NCBI RefSeq assembly: GCF_006345805.1
Contig: NC_043000.1
Span: 32,674,001 to 32,738,000, forward strand
DNA from: Octopus sinensis
Lineage: Eukaryota
Reading direction: 5' to 3'
DNA: 64,000 bases
Shown here: positions 10,710-22,933 of the stretch, in pieces
Numbering within the stretch: position 1 is the stretch's first letter
Layout: each line of letters begins with the position of its first letter
Notes under the pieces: model-generated
What the model saw: the letters and a program-made list of their open reading frames with translations, nothing else
Database searches by the model: none
Told to the model about the DNA's origin: nothing
Position numbers and translations under genes: made by a program

Positions 10710-11048
10710 ACTTTAAGCACACCATTCGAGCGTGATCGTTAGCACTTGTGCTGGTGGCATGTGAAAAATTCGAGCGAGGTCGGCGCCAGTGCCGCTGGAC
10801 TGGCTCCTGTGCAGGTGGCATGTAAAAAGCACCATTTGGGTGTGGCCATTGCCAGTACGACCAAACTGGCCCTCATGCCGGTGGCATGTAAAAGCACCCA
10901 TTACACACTCGGAGTGGTTGGCGTTAGGAAGGGCATCCAGCTGTAGAAACTCTGCCAGATCAGATTGGAGTCTGGTTTGCCAGACCTAAGTCAAATCGTC
11001 CAACCCATGCTAGCATGGAAAGAGGACGTTAAACAATGATGATAATGA
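10710..11048 (+). mobile_element. RTE-tail non-autonomous element
   Basis: 3x ggtggcatgt.aaaa internal repeats, RTE-type 3' motif, (GAT)n tail. A partial minus-strand copy follows at 11160-11345. Confidence 0.8.
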
Positions 11049-11549
11049 TACTTTGTTTGGTGTCTGTTAAAAAACAAGTGGTTAGAAAACCAAACTACAA
11101 AATGGTTACGTCTGACGAAGACAAACTTTTCTGTAAATAACAAGAATTCCTTTAATATCTATCATCATCATCATCATCATTTAACATCTGTTTTCCATGC
11201 TGGCACGGGTTGGACGGTTTGACAGGGGCTGGTAGGGTAGAATGCACCCGGTTTCACTGATTTGGCTGGGTCTTTTACTTCAGGATGCTTTTCCTAATAA
11301 CACTGACCACCTGACAGAGTGGACCTAGTGCTTTTTACATGCGTTTGTATATAAGTACATATATCTGATTATATATGTGTATATATATTTATGTATATTT
11401 ATGCATGGGTGGGTCCATGAATATATAAGTGTGTGTGTGCATATATATACATGCACATGCATGTATACATACTTGCTTATCCTTCTATGCGTAGTTATAT
11501 ACATATACAAGTATGTAAATGTGTGTGCGTGTGTATATATATATGTATG

Positions 11550-11581
<32 letters not shown>

Positions 11582-11970
11582 TACGAAAGAAGGTTTGAAA
11601 ATACAATTTTAAAAGATATTTATTTACTTTACCGCTTTCACTCTTTGGAAAAAAATTGTCAAAAGAAACATGTAAAAGTTTGGTTGTGTTAATTATTAGT
11701 TGTCACAAAATGCTACAATACATATATACAGTGTTTGGTAACAAGAACATGTTAAGGACATAAGAAAGTTTAACAAGTTCATTAAAATATTGGGCACAAA
11801 AGATTACAACATCTATATACATTCTCAAGAAAATGTTAAAGATAGTTTCCAGAAGGAATTATTAAAAAGTTCAGTGGAATATTGGTATACACGCACAGAA
11901 TATTATGAGTTCAAAAAAAGTTTACATTATAGTAGTAGGGAAGCTCAAACTGACCTGTCCACCATGTAAA

Positions 11971-11975
<5 letters not shown>

Positions 11976-12012
<37 letters not shown>

Positions 12013-12126
12013 TGTATGTATATATATATATGTATATATATATATGCATGTATGTATATATATATATGTATATATATATATGTATTATATATATATGTAT
12101 ATATATATATTATATATGTATGTATG

Positions 12127-12157
<31 letters not shown>

Positions 12158-12839
12158 GCATATATATATGTATGTATGTATATATAATATATATGTATAT
12201 ATAATATGCATATATATATGTATGTATGTATATATATATATTATATATATATATATATACATATATGTATATTATATATATGTGTATATATATATATGTA
12301 TGTATATTATATATATATATGTATATATATGTGTATATATATATATATGTATGTATATACATATATATATACATATATGTATATAGATATATATATGTAT
12401 ATATATATATTTATACATGTATATATATATATTTATACATGTATATATATATATTTATACATGTATATATATGTATATATATATATATATATGTATGTAT
12501 ATATATATACATATATAATATACATGTATATATATATATATGTATACATATATATATGTATGTATATATATATACATACATATATATATGTATACATATA
12601 TATATATATACATGTATATATATATATATGTATATATATATACATACATAATATATATATATACATATATATACATGTATAAATATATATATATACATAC
12701 ATATATATATATACATATATATATGTATATACATATATGTATATATATATGTATATACATACATATATATATATACACATATATATATATACATATGTAT
12801 ATACATACATATATATATACATACATATATATATAATAC

Positions 12840-12884
<45 letters not shown>

Positions 12885-13161
12885 CATACATACATATATA
12901 TTATGTATATATATATACATATATATATATATATGTATGTATATATATATATACATATATATGTATGTATGTATATATATATACATATATATATGTATGT
13001 ATATATATATACATATATATATGTATGTATGTATATATATCTACATATAATATGTATGTATGTATGTATATATATGTATATATATATATGTATGTATATA
13101 TATATGTATGTATATATATATATATATGTATGTATGTATATATATATATTATATATGTATG

Positions 13162-13192
<31 letters not shown>

Positions 13193-13340
13193 CTATATAT
13201 ATATATACATATATATGTATGTATATATAATATATATACATACATATATATATATGTATATATATTATATATATATATATGTATGTATATATATATATAT
13301 ATATACATACATATATGTATGTATATATATATATATATAC

Positions 13341-13372
<32 letters not shown>

Positions 13373-13597
13373 ACATATATATATGTATATATATATATAT
13401 ACATATATGTATGTATATATATATATATATAATATATATACATATATATATATGTTGTATATATATATATATCTATATATATATATATGCATATATAATA
13501 TATATACATATATATATGTATGTATGTATGTATGTATATATATATATATATATACATATATATGTATGTATATATATATATATCATATATATATGTA

Positions 13598-13628
<31 letters not shown>

Positions 13629-13645
13629 GTGTATATCTATATATA
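11976..13645. repeat. ~1.67-kb interrupted (TA)n / (TATG)n / (TACA)n satellite
   Basis: Seen directly. It generates the long poly-Y/I ORFs in the track. Confidence 0.97.
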
Positions 13646-13872
13646 TAAGAAATACTAAATTTCTAAATCTCTCATAGAGACATGTACGGTGGTGGGGCGA
13701 TAGAATGGTTGTATACTGTCAATCTAACACGAACATGACAGTAGGGGGGTACACCACCGCTGTATAGCCCTAGGAAGCATCGACGCCTCCTGATGGCTTT
13801 GACACATTTTTCCCTGTGTCCTTATATACATTTACGAAGGGGAGACAAACACCCCCGGCCACCGAAGCTGCA

Positions 13873-13917
13873 TCTAGGGACACATGTTTCAGGATCGTTG
13901 TCCTTCATCGGCCTAGA
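13873..13917 (-). ncRNA. Type-I hammerhead ribozyme motif, one core mismatch (U4C)
   Basis: Minus strand: UCUAGG CCGAUGA AGGA caacga UCCU GAAAC augu GUC CCUAGA. Stem I 6 bp, stem II 4 bp, GUC triplet. Confidence 0.7.
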
Positions 13918-13971
13918 GTAGCAGACATATATATATATGTATATATACACAAGTAGCAAATATCTGTGCAT

Positions 13972-14023
<52 letters not shown>

Positions 14024-14037
14024 CTATATATACATAC

Positions 14038-14078
<41 letters not shown>

Positions 14079-14488
14079 TAATTCTATACAAGTATGTAAA
14101 TGTGTGTGTGTGTTCACACACATAAACACAGGAATGCAATCTAAAACACACATTAACTGAACATTTTCATTAATTCTCTTTAATATTTATTGTATTGACG
14201 CTAAATTTTCTTTCTGTCGCAGCTCGAGATATTTTTTTATATTTCCTCCCTTGCCCTCCCTTCGCATTTTCTTTCTTCAATATCCACCCATCTTTAATAT
14301 ATTTGTCTGCAGCACAAGTGGAACTCAGCGGGGATTCCACACACGCGCACGCACACAGAAGTGTGCATTCATTCATATTTACAAGAATAGATATACATGC
14401 ACACGCATGCACGCACGCACACACACAAAACACACACAAACACACACACAGATTCGTTGTATATGTAATTGTGCGTACGTGTGTGTGA

Positions 14489-14704
14489 GGGTGGCGAACT
14501 GATAGAATGATTGGCACATCGGGCAAACTGCTTGACGGCATTTCGTCTGTCTTTACGTTCTGAGTTCAAATTCTACCGAGATTGACTTTGTCATTCATCT
14601 TTTCAGGGTTGATAAAATAAGTACCAGTTGAGTGGTGGAGTCAATGTAATCGACTTACCCACACCCCTGAAATTGCTGGCCTTGTGCCCAAATTTGAAAC
14701 CAAT
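14489..14704 (+). mobile_element. MetaSINE-type SINE (tail B), diverged
   Basis: Same head and core, tail ...gaaattgctggccttgtgcccaaatttgaaacc. Confidence 0.8.
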
Positions 14705-14716
14705 ATATATATATAT

Positions 14717-14897
14717 GTAGTGGAAATTTACAGAAAAACAAAAGGTGTATGAATAACAAGCAGGTGTTTTGACGCTCGAGAAAGTAAGAAAGTCTTTTTA
14801 TGTTTCGAGCCTACGCTCTTCATCAGAAAGGAATAAGAGAAAATAAACAGAGAAGGAATAATAAAAACTTGTGGATTTAGCGATCAAGCATGGCGAC
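14717..14897 (-). mobile_element. Family H1 copy with CUGAUGA hammerhead core
   Basis: Minus 14830-14794: cttt CTGATGA A GAGC gtag GCTC GAAAC AT A aaaag. The G16.2A change is consistent with CpG decay. Confidence 0.8.
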
Positions 14898-15213
14898 TAT
14901 ATATATACATACGTGTATGTGTGTGCATAGTTCTTTAACATGAATTGTATTGACAGTAATTTCGAAGTTTGGTCTCCTGAGTCATCATCAGGTTAAAGAA
15001 TAATAAATTTGTTCTCTACAAAGACGTATTATTCTTCAGTTCAATGTAAAATTATATCATATGAACAAACATTATACACACACATATACATAAATACAAG
15101 CACACACAAATGTATCCTTATATGTATATGTATATGTATCTCTCTCGCTTCTGTCAAATTTTCCGTTAGTTGTGTTTCCGTGAAAGTTTTGATATATATA
15201 TATATATATATAT

Positions 15214-15483
15214 AGTGAGAAGTTATAAAAAAAAACAAACGACGAAAACGGGTGTGTAAACAACAAACAGATGTATTAGTTTAATGCTCGGGAAGTGAGA
15301 AAGTCTTTTACGTTCCGAGCCTACGCTCTTCGACAGGAAGGAACACAGAAATAAACAAGGAGAGAAAATAAAGAAAGGTATAGTGGCTAGCGATCTATCA
15401 TGGCAAATGCTGGACAGAGGGGTCACACAGGAGAGCTAGGAAGAAGGCAAGATAATAAAGTAGTGGTGATCCCAAAACGAAGG
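15214..15483 (-). mobile_element. Family H1 copy (longer 5' end, mutated core CUGUCGA/GGAAC)
   Basis: Homologous to the other H1 copies (aacaaacagatgtattagt..aacgctcggga, gagcctacgctcttc). Confidence 0.8.
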
Positions 15484-15999
15484 TGCGCGTGCATGTGTAT
15501 GTGAGAGCGTGTTTGTGCGCGTGCGTGCGTGTGGAAGGGGGCTGGTGACAGTGACATGTGCGTGTATATATATATATAAGGGATTAATAAGATATTAGTA
15601 ATCTAAGCGAAATGCTTCTTGAGCTCTCTGTCGGTAACTATACTCAAGGCCAACAAAAAAGTCTGATGATCGGTGTTGTACTCCTGGGAATCCGAAACCA
15701 AGGTTCACCACTTGTCAAATTTGTAAATCTATGGTTCCATTACCAAGTTTAGATGGTATGTTTTTATACCGTGATACATACATACATTCACACATACATG
15801 CTACTAATCTCTCTCTATATATATATACACACACACACACACACATACATGCTACTAATCTCTCTCTCTATATATATATACACACACACATATCTGACAG
15901 TTGTCCACAAGTGTCCACAAATTGCTCACATATGCGCATTCTAAAATCTTTTTTGAGCAGTTATATTTCATGTAGTTGAGTGGTATGTAATTAGTTATG

Positions 16000-16615
16000 G
16001 CCAAACTAAAAGTTACCATCGGTTTCACGTCTGTTATTGCACTCGGCAATATAGATGACTCATCAGATCTGGAGGTACATAACCTCTTTACTGATGGAGG
16101 TAAAAATGGTGGTGAAAAATCCCTGAAATAGAGTTACCTTCCTTTGAATGATTCTAGCTGTGTTTGAAATGAGTCACTTCATGTGCTTTTTCGCCCACTA
16201 GTCTGCAAACGGGGATCATGTTTCTAAAATAAGTTTTCTATCACGTGGAAATCGATTAAAAATTTCACTTTTTAATTCAAGAAAGCACCCGCTTCGTGCG
16301 AACTTTTAAGGATCATTGTCCTCTCAGATAAGCAGAATTTGCGCCATCTGCTTCCATTGAGGAATGGCCTCGGTTCACCCAGGAGGTTTCGGCTAAATCT
16401 GTATAGTGTCCCCTCATCTTTTAAATGCCATATATAACTCGCTAATGTAACGTCGCGCCTCCTTGGAATCCTAAATGGGAACCTGTGATTATTTAGTCTT
16501 GTTTTAAAGGAAACCTCCGTTGCTCCAACATATTTTCGTGTGTGTCTAAACGTTGTTGCTGATTCTGCTAGATATCACCTCTGCTTCGTAGACCACGGCT
16601 TCAGAGTTGCATCGA
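16000..16615 (-). mobile_element. Penelope-like element 3' relic: GIY-YIG endonuclease C-terminus plus 3' UTR
   Basis: Minus translation with a frameshift: AVVYEAEVIS / RKYVGATEVSFKTRLNNHRFPFR...TLASYIWHLKD...CLSERTMILK...LN*. This follows the VVY...YVG / FK.R..NH..SF / T.LS.YIW.LK / CL.EK..IL pattern of PLE endonucleases. A CTGATGA...GAAAC motif lies in the 3' UTR at 16066-16022. Confidence 0.8.
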
Positions 16616-17719
16616 CCGAGCATATATATATATACACACATACATATATCAGTAAGATTCAGTTGAATTAGGTACTAAAATTGAGGAGTGCTATTCAGAC
16701 ATGTACATTATATTAAATATACGATCTATAATATTTACAAAGGGCATATTCCGAGACTGAATAAAATATGATTAACAGTAGAGGTATAGATGTCAATCCA
16801 TTACGGCCATTTCTGTCGACTCCTTTAATTGATTAATGAAAACATTACATCATTATAAAGAAGCCGTTTTCATCAGATGAATTCAAAATTAAGGACATTC
16901 AGAATGGTTTAACATCGTTTAAAACCCACGAAAATAAAACATTTTCAGTGATTCTGCTACCATTTCAGTTGACAGAAACTGAAATAGTAGCAGAAACACT
17001 AAATGCTGGAACTGTAAAAATCTGCAAAACTTTCCAGAAGTTTATCATTTACGTTATATATGAGTGTAGTGATCCTACAACGGCGCGCGCTCGCGCACCG
17101 TCCATTTGTATTTCGCGCGTGTTGGTGCCTTTACCAAGGCAGAGAAAGGAAGGGCCCTCTCGCGCATGCGCGAACCACCGGAAGCTCGACCCGCTTGCCT
17201 ATCGTGGTAGTTAGCGAGGCAAGGGGGTCGTAGAACGTTTGACCACTAGCAGCAGTCATCGGGGACTTGGGACCCAGCGATTGAAGGCGGCGGTCACGAT
17301 ATATTTTCTCTCCGGTTGATAGCAGCAGTCGGCCGAATGCCTTTAACCAAATTGTTGCCGACCACATTCAACTTCCCTGTTCGACGCCATCTTGACCCCT
17401 TTCTGGTTTAGCGGCTGGACATTGTAAATATTACAATCTATTAACTTTCCGCCTTGCGCGCCCAGAATCAAGGACATCAGATAACATACTCATTGTTATT
17501 GTTACCAAGAAAGAGAATAAAGTAGTTATATATATTTCACGTCTGCGTCTTGTTGTTTCTGACTGGTAGAATTCTGGATTATTAAAGCAACGGCTAGTGA
17601 TTGCTTTCTTGTACCCCGAAAGTACATGACAAGACATTTCACTCACATGAAGTTCGTTTACATGAGCATGTCTAGATATGCAACTATATGCATGAGAATA
17701 CAGATACACAAAGCAAAAC

Positions 17720-17945
17720 ATACAAATCTGCACACATACATACATATATACATACATACATACATACATACATTCACATATACATACATACACACATACA
17801 TACATACATACATACATACATACAAACAAACAAAAATATCCTGTTGTTGATGTTGAAATTCCAATGAAGGAGCCTTGGATCTAGGTTAGAAACCGATTCT
17901 TTCTCTGTTGGCAAGAAATCTTGAATAAGACTAAACAATGACATA
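17720..17945. repeat. (TACA)n-embedded repeat family, second copy at 39855-40150
   Basis: Both copies share caaaacatacaaatctgc-(TACA)n-atcctgttg.tgttgaa.ttccaatgaagga.ccttggatctaggttagaaac...aatgacata. A diverged opposite-strand copy is at ~53865-53925. Confidence 0.7.
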
Positions 17946-18088
17946 CATACATACCTACGTACGTACATGGCCGCAAAGTCAGAACAAATGTCCTAACACG
18001 TCTGCTAATTCGTCACCTAATTAAGCAATATTAATTAAACAACAGCAATTAAACAACATAAGCAATTGGTCAATAAAAATAGCCAACA

Positions 18089-18487
18089 AGGCGGCGAGCT
18101 GGCAGAATCGTTAGCACGCCGGGCGAAATGCCTAACGGTATTTCGTCTGCCGCTACGTTCTGAGTTCAAATTCCGCCGAGGTCGACTTTGCCTTTCATCC
18201 TTTCGGGGTCGATTAAATAAGTACCAGTCACGCACTGGGGTCGATATAATTGACTTAATCCGTTTGTCTGTCCTTGTTTGTCCTCTCTGTGTTTGGCCCC
18301 TTGTGGGTAGTAAAGAAATAGGTATTTCGTCTGTCTTTACGTTCTAAGTTCAAATTCCGCCGAGGTCGACTTTGCCTTTCATCCTTTCGGGATCGATAAA
18401 TTAAGTACCAGTTGCGTCCTGGGGTCGATCTGATCTACTGGCCCCCTCCCCCCAAAAATTTCGGGCCTTGTACCTAGAGTAGAAAAA
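18089..18487 (+). mobile_element. MetaSINE-type dimer: tail-A unit plus headless unit with tail B
   Basis: gtctg at 18145 and 18329 (184-bp period). The second unit ends ...aaatttcgggccttgtacctagagtagaaaa. Confidence 0.85.
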
Positions 18488-19756
18488 AATAAAAATAGCC
18501 AACATGTTCAACTCTGTCTCTGAATTCCACACAACAGGTGAGGAATAACGCCCTGAGCATTGCTGTAGGTGATAGCGACGCTGAGAGCATGGCTGGTACA
18601 ACAGCCAAGCACTGTCACAAGCATCGCTTAATACTTTGATAAATAGGGACGTTAACGCTGACAAAAAACTTCATTATCAGTGACCTGGCTTTCCCGAATG
18701 CCTCAAATGATACAGGTTGAAACATTTAATTCACTGGTAAATTACAGCATTTCAGGATCTTGTTCCGTCTTGGTACATATGCAGTAACACCGCCCTGCTG
18801 CAGCATAAAGAATGTGAGATGGAGCTAAAGAATGAAACGAATTACTTCCTGTATGAAGCATCTACCTCTAGTTTATAAAATATAGTAAGGGATATTCGCA
18901 ATATTAAATCATACAGAAACGGTCGGAGAGAACACATTTCTCACTTCTATGCTACAAGTAAATTTACGACTGTAACTTTTCGTCATTTGTAAGGAATAGC
19001 TTACTTCAGAAAGCCACTCTTCGCTATCTTTGGTCTATTATAAATAAGCTGATTCCAAACCGCCTATAACATTGAAATCTATATTTCATGCTATTATATA
19101 AGAAATGTAAAGAATCAAAATGAAATTAAGATTATCAAAGAGAATGTGAAATGTTGAATTATTAACATAAATTTGCATAAAGAAACAAGACAGTTCCCTT
19201 TTGGGTAGGAAAATAGTTGTTCTGTGTTTTTTTTATAAAGATAATAACATCTAATTGAATTTTTTTCATGCAACTAGATATTAATTCAGAATTTTGATTA
19301 AGAAGAAAGAGATTTGAAAATGATATTTCATATGATTCAGAAAGGTAGAATAAAGATCAGTCTGAATTGGTGGACTGTTTGCGAAAGTACACTAATGTCT
19401 ATTTAATGTCGACATTAAAACTTACTTTTAAGACTCTATTCATATATCCGGACAAACTAGTTTCGGTACGTCTAACACGATTACGAAATGTCTACCAATG
19501 TCGAAGGTACCTTATTTTGAATTAATATGCTGTTAATCCTAGACGTTGTATTCATTATGCTTGCAAGGAAATATTTCTTTTATTTATGTTTGGATGTGAT
19601 TTTGCTTCCGTTTATAATTGCCAATTGGATATGAAGGAGTAGCCTTCTTGTTTTGGAATATGATTAAATGCGTATGCAACTGAATCGGACGAACAATTCT
19701 CGCGCACTCATCGTCGAGAGTGACTGAGTTACTATTTACATGATATATACATATAC

Positions 19757-19795
<39 letters not shown>

Positions 19796-19906
19796 CATAC
19801 ATAATACAGACATACACATATATACATATATATATACATATATAAATGAAAAATTAATATATATTTATATATATACTTATACATCAGTGTGTTGTGTGTG
19901 TTCACG

Positions 19907-19938
<32 letters not shown>

Positions 19939-20043
19939 ATATATTTTTATTTGGATATATTTGGGGTACTTAAGTCTGCTCGGGACTTGGTGCTTGCTTC
20001 TTCCGTGGGTATGAATAAGTATTTCATTTATATCTCGCGTATG

Positions 20044-20102
20044 TGCCGCTGAAGAGGGGAAAATTTCTTGTGAATTAACCCCGAAATTGGACCAATACGG
20101 TA
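20044..20102 (+). ncRNA. Type-I hammerhead ribozyme motif, intact core
   Basis: UGCCG CUGAAGA GGGG (19-nt loop) CCCC GAAA UUGG a CCAA UA CGGUA. Predicted cleavage is after A20097. Confidence 0.75.
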
Positions 20103-20408
20103 ATAACGAATTTTTTTAGAGATTTCTATCGGTTTGTTTCGAGACACATAAATTTACTGGTTATCGACAAATATTTTGTTTCGGCGTATCTGGCATTAGA
20201 ATTTTTCTTCTGCCCTTATCTTGTAAATTATGTATAAATTTTACCTTTAAAGGCATTTTTTGATATGCTGGCCATTGATAAAATTTTTTTCCCGAAAAAA
20301 TTTTTATCCTATATCAATTATATATATATATATATATATGCATACATATATATGTCCATATATACGTATGTTGTAATGTAAGAATTGTAAAATATACACA
20401 AGTATATA

Positions 20409-21700
20409 CGAGGGGCGTTCAATAAATAATGCCTCTGACCCACTTGCCTTTGTTTGATCGAGCTGAAATGTTGCATGTGCAATTATTTATATCTCTATAG
20501 ATTAAGTGGCAAATTACAGCTCCGAACTAATTGTGGTTTCTGATTTACAGGTGTTTGAAATGAGTCAAGTGGGAAATGGAGCATGTTGAGTGTCGAGCAG
20601 TGATCCGGTTTTTGTATTTGAAATGACGCACACCACAGGAGACTTTTAATGAAATGAAAGTAACTTATGGTGATGATGCCCCATCATATGACCTTGTAAA
20701 ATGCTGGCATCGTGAATTCAAACATGGTCGGAACTCTGTGGAAACAGCTCCCAGATCTGGTCACACCCCTTCTGCCATTGATGAGGCATCTGTCCGTCAA
20801 GTTGAGGCTGCCATTTTGGAAGATCGATGCATAACTATTCGCCAAATAACCCATGAGGTCAAGATTAGTACCGGGTCTGTGGAAACTATCATTCATGACC
20901 ATTTGCATATGCAAAAGGTGTCTGCCAGATGGATTCCCAGGTTGCTCACACTTTTCCAGAAGCAAGAACGTGTCGAGTGCTCGATGATGAATTTAGGGAT
21001 GTGCCAAGAAGATGAGTAAAAATTTTTCAAAAGACTGATTACACAGGATGAGACCTGGGTCCATCACTATGATTCAGAGACCAAAGCCCAGTCAATGCAG
21101 TGGAAGCACCATGACTCACCTCCTCCAAAGAAGGCAAGGGTGTAGCCCTCCGCTGGCAAGGTCATGCTCACAGTCTTCTGGGACCAGGACGGAGTAGTGA
21201 TGACAGATTTCCTGGCAAAGGGTACCACAATTACAGGAGCCTATCATGTTTCACTTTTGAGGAAATTAAGAGAAGCTATCGAAACCAAGAGGCGGGGCAA
21301 GATCAGCAAAGGCATCCTCCTCCTGCAGGACAACGCTCCGGTCCACAACTCGCGTGTCGCCAGATCAGAAGCACAGGCGTGCGGCTATGAACTCTTCCCC
21401 CATCCCCCTACTCTCCTGACCTTGCACCCTCTGATTTTCACCTCTTCCCAGCCATGAAGTTGTTTTTGAAAGGAAAGCGTTTCCCAGATGATGCAGCCTT
21501 GATTTCTGAAGTCACGTCGTGGTTGGAGGACCAAGCTGGGGTCTTCTACGAAAACGGTCTCCAGAACTGCATCAAACGATGGGAGAAATGCGTACCTCTG
21601 GGTTGTTCCTATGTAGAAAAAGACTAATACCTGTGCCAAGTTTCGTTGCTCTACTGCTATGGGAAGTGGGTCAGGGGCATTACTTATTGAACGCCCCTCG
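20409..21700 (+). mobile_element. Full-length mariner transposon (DD34D, irritans/Hsmar2-like ends), transposase pseudogene
   Basis: TIRs CGAGGGGCGTTCAATAA.TAATGCC.CTGACCCACTT and their inverse, TA on both sides (20407-8, 21701-2), 1292 bp. ORF 20576-21627 carries DETW, QDNA and (Y)SPDLAPSDF motifs, with three in-frame stops and one frameshift at ~21408. Confidence 0.95.
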
Positions 21701-22053
21701 TATTTTACATAGCACAAACATTGTCTGATGTAGAAATCAATACTCTTCGTAGACGTGTTCGTTATGTCAAAAGTTAGCAGCCAACTCTGAGTTTTACCCA
21801 GTTGTGAAAAATCCATCTCGAGGCGAAACTTTGAGTAGACTAGCAAAATGAAACATAAACACACACACACACACAGAACTATTTCTAATATAGAACTGAT
21901 TTCTGTAATTTGGCTTCAACGACGACAATATTAAATCAACAATTCCTTAAGAAGTCGGACGAAAGAGTAAAGAAAGAATCCTGGTGTGTGTGTGTAATAT
22001 ATAATGTAATGGAATCTCCCATCGAAGGCGACGCATTCGTGTTCAGTTTGTGC

Positions 22054-22201
<148 letters not shown>

Positions 22202-22614
22202 GGGGGAAATAGCGTTTGTATTGTCAAAGTAGAGTTACAGCGACAGCAAGAAAAAGTAAACAGCGGGACTGAAACGAAATGAGTTTTGTTACCGAAAACT
22301 ATAGTAGTAGTGGTAGTGGTGGTGGTGGTGATGATGGTGATGGTGGTGATGATGATGATGAAGATGATGGTGGTGGTGGTGGTGTGTTGATAGTGAAAAG
22401 TATTTTTTATAGAACAAAATCTATATTATTCGTTCACGCTTTACGCTTTAGTTTATTAGAGAGGAGGAGGACGTGGAGGAGGAGGATGGGGAGGAGTGAG
22501 AGAGATAGGAAGCGGGAATGTGAGTGTGAGTGAGAGAGAGCAGATAGCCAGCGAAGAGAAAGAGAGAAATGTTAAAGACATGAAGAAAAGAATTAGATGA
22601 TTAAAAAGTTTGTT

Positions 22615-22672
<58 letters not shown>

Positions 22673-22702
22673 AGAGAAAGTGTTTAGCAGAGGGAAAGTT
22701 TA

Positions 22703-22933
22703 AGGTCGAGCTGGCAGAAACGTTAGCACGTCGGGCGAATTGCGTAACCGTATTTCGTCTGCCGTTACGTTCTGAGTTCAAATTCCGCCGAGGTCGACTT
22801 TTCCTTTCATCCTTTCGGGGTCGATTAATTAAGTACCAGTTACGCACTGGGGTCGATGTAATCGACTTAATACCCATGTCTGTCCTTGTTTGTCCCCTCT
22901 GTGTTTAGCCCCTTGTGGGTAGTAAAGAAATAG
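22703..22933 (+). mobile_element. MetaSINE-type SINE (tail A)
   Basis: Near-identical to 1841-2073. Confidence 0.85.

Noticed and set aside
10740-10900. Regularly spaced ~20-bp direct repeats (ggtggcatgtaaaaagcacc) resembling a CRISPR array
   Set aside because: Eukaryotic context, only 2-3 degenerate units with related spacers, internal to an RTE-tail repeat, and no cas genes.
11325-14160. Many long ORFs (up to 251 aa) of Y/I/M/C/H
   Set aside because: They are translations of (TA)n/(TATG)n microsatellite, which lacks stop codons in some frames. The same applies to 38429-39219, 39705-40372, 57298-57632 and the poly-ER/LS ORFs.
17860-17925. ccaatgaagg-agcc...ggtt-agaaac as a possible hammerhead (also 40065-40130 and 53865-53925)
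   Set aside because: The core would be AUGAAGG (two mismatches to CUGANGA), there is no NUH with stem I, and the third copy does not restore the motif.
19445-19520. GGTAC...GTACC-GAAACTAGT on the minus strand
   Set aside because: Stem II and GAAAC are present but there is no recognisable CUGANGA and no stem I. At most a very old relic.
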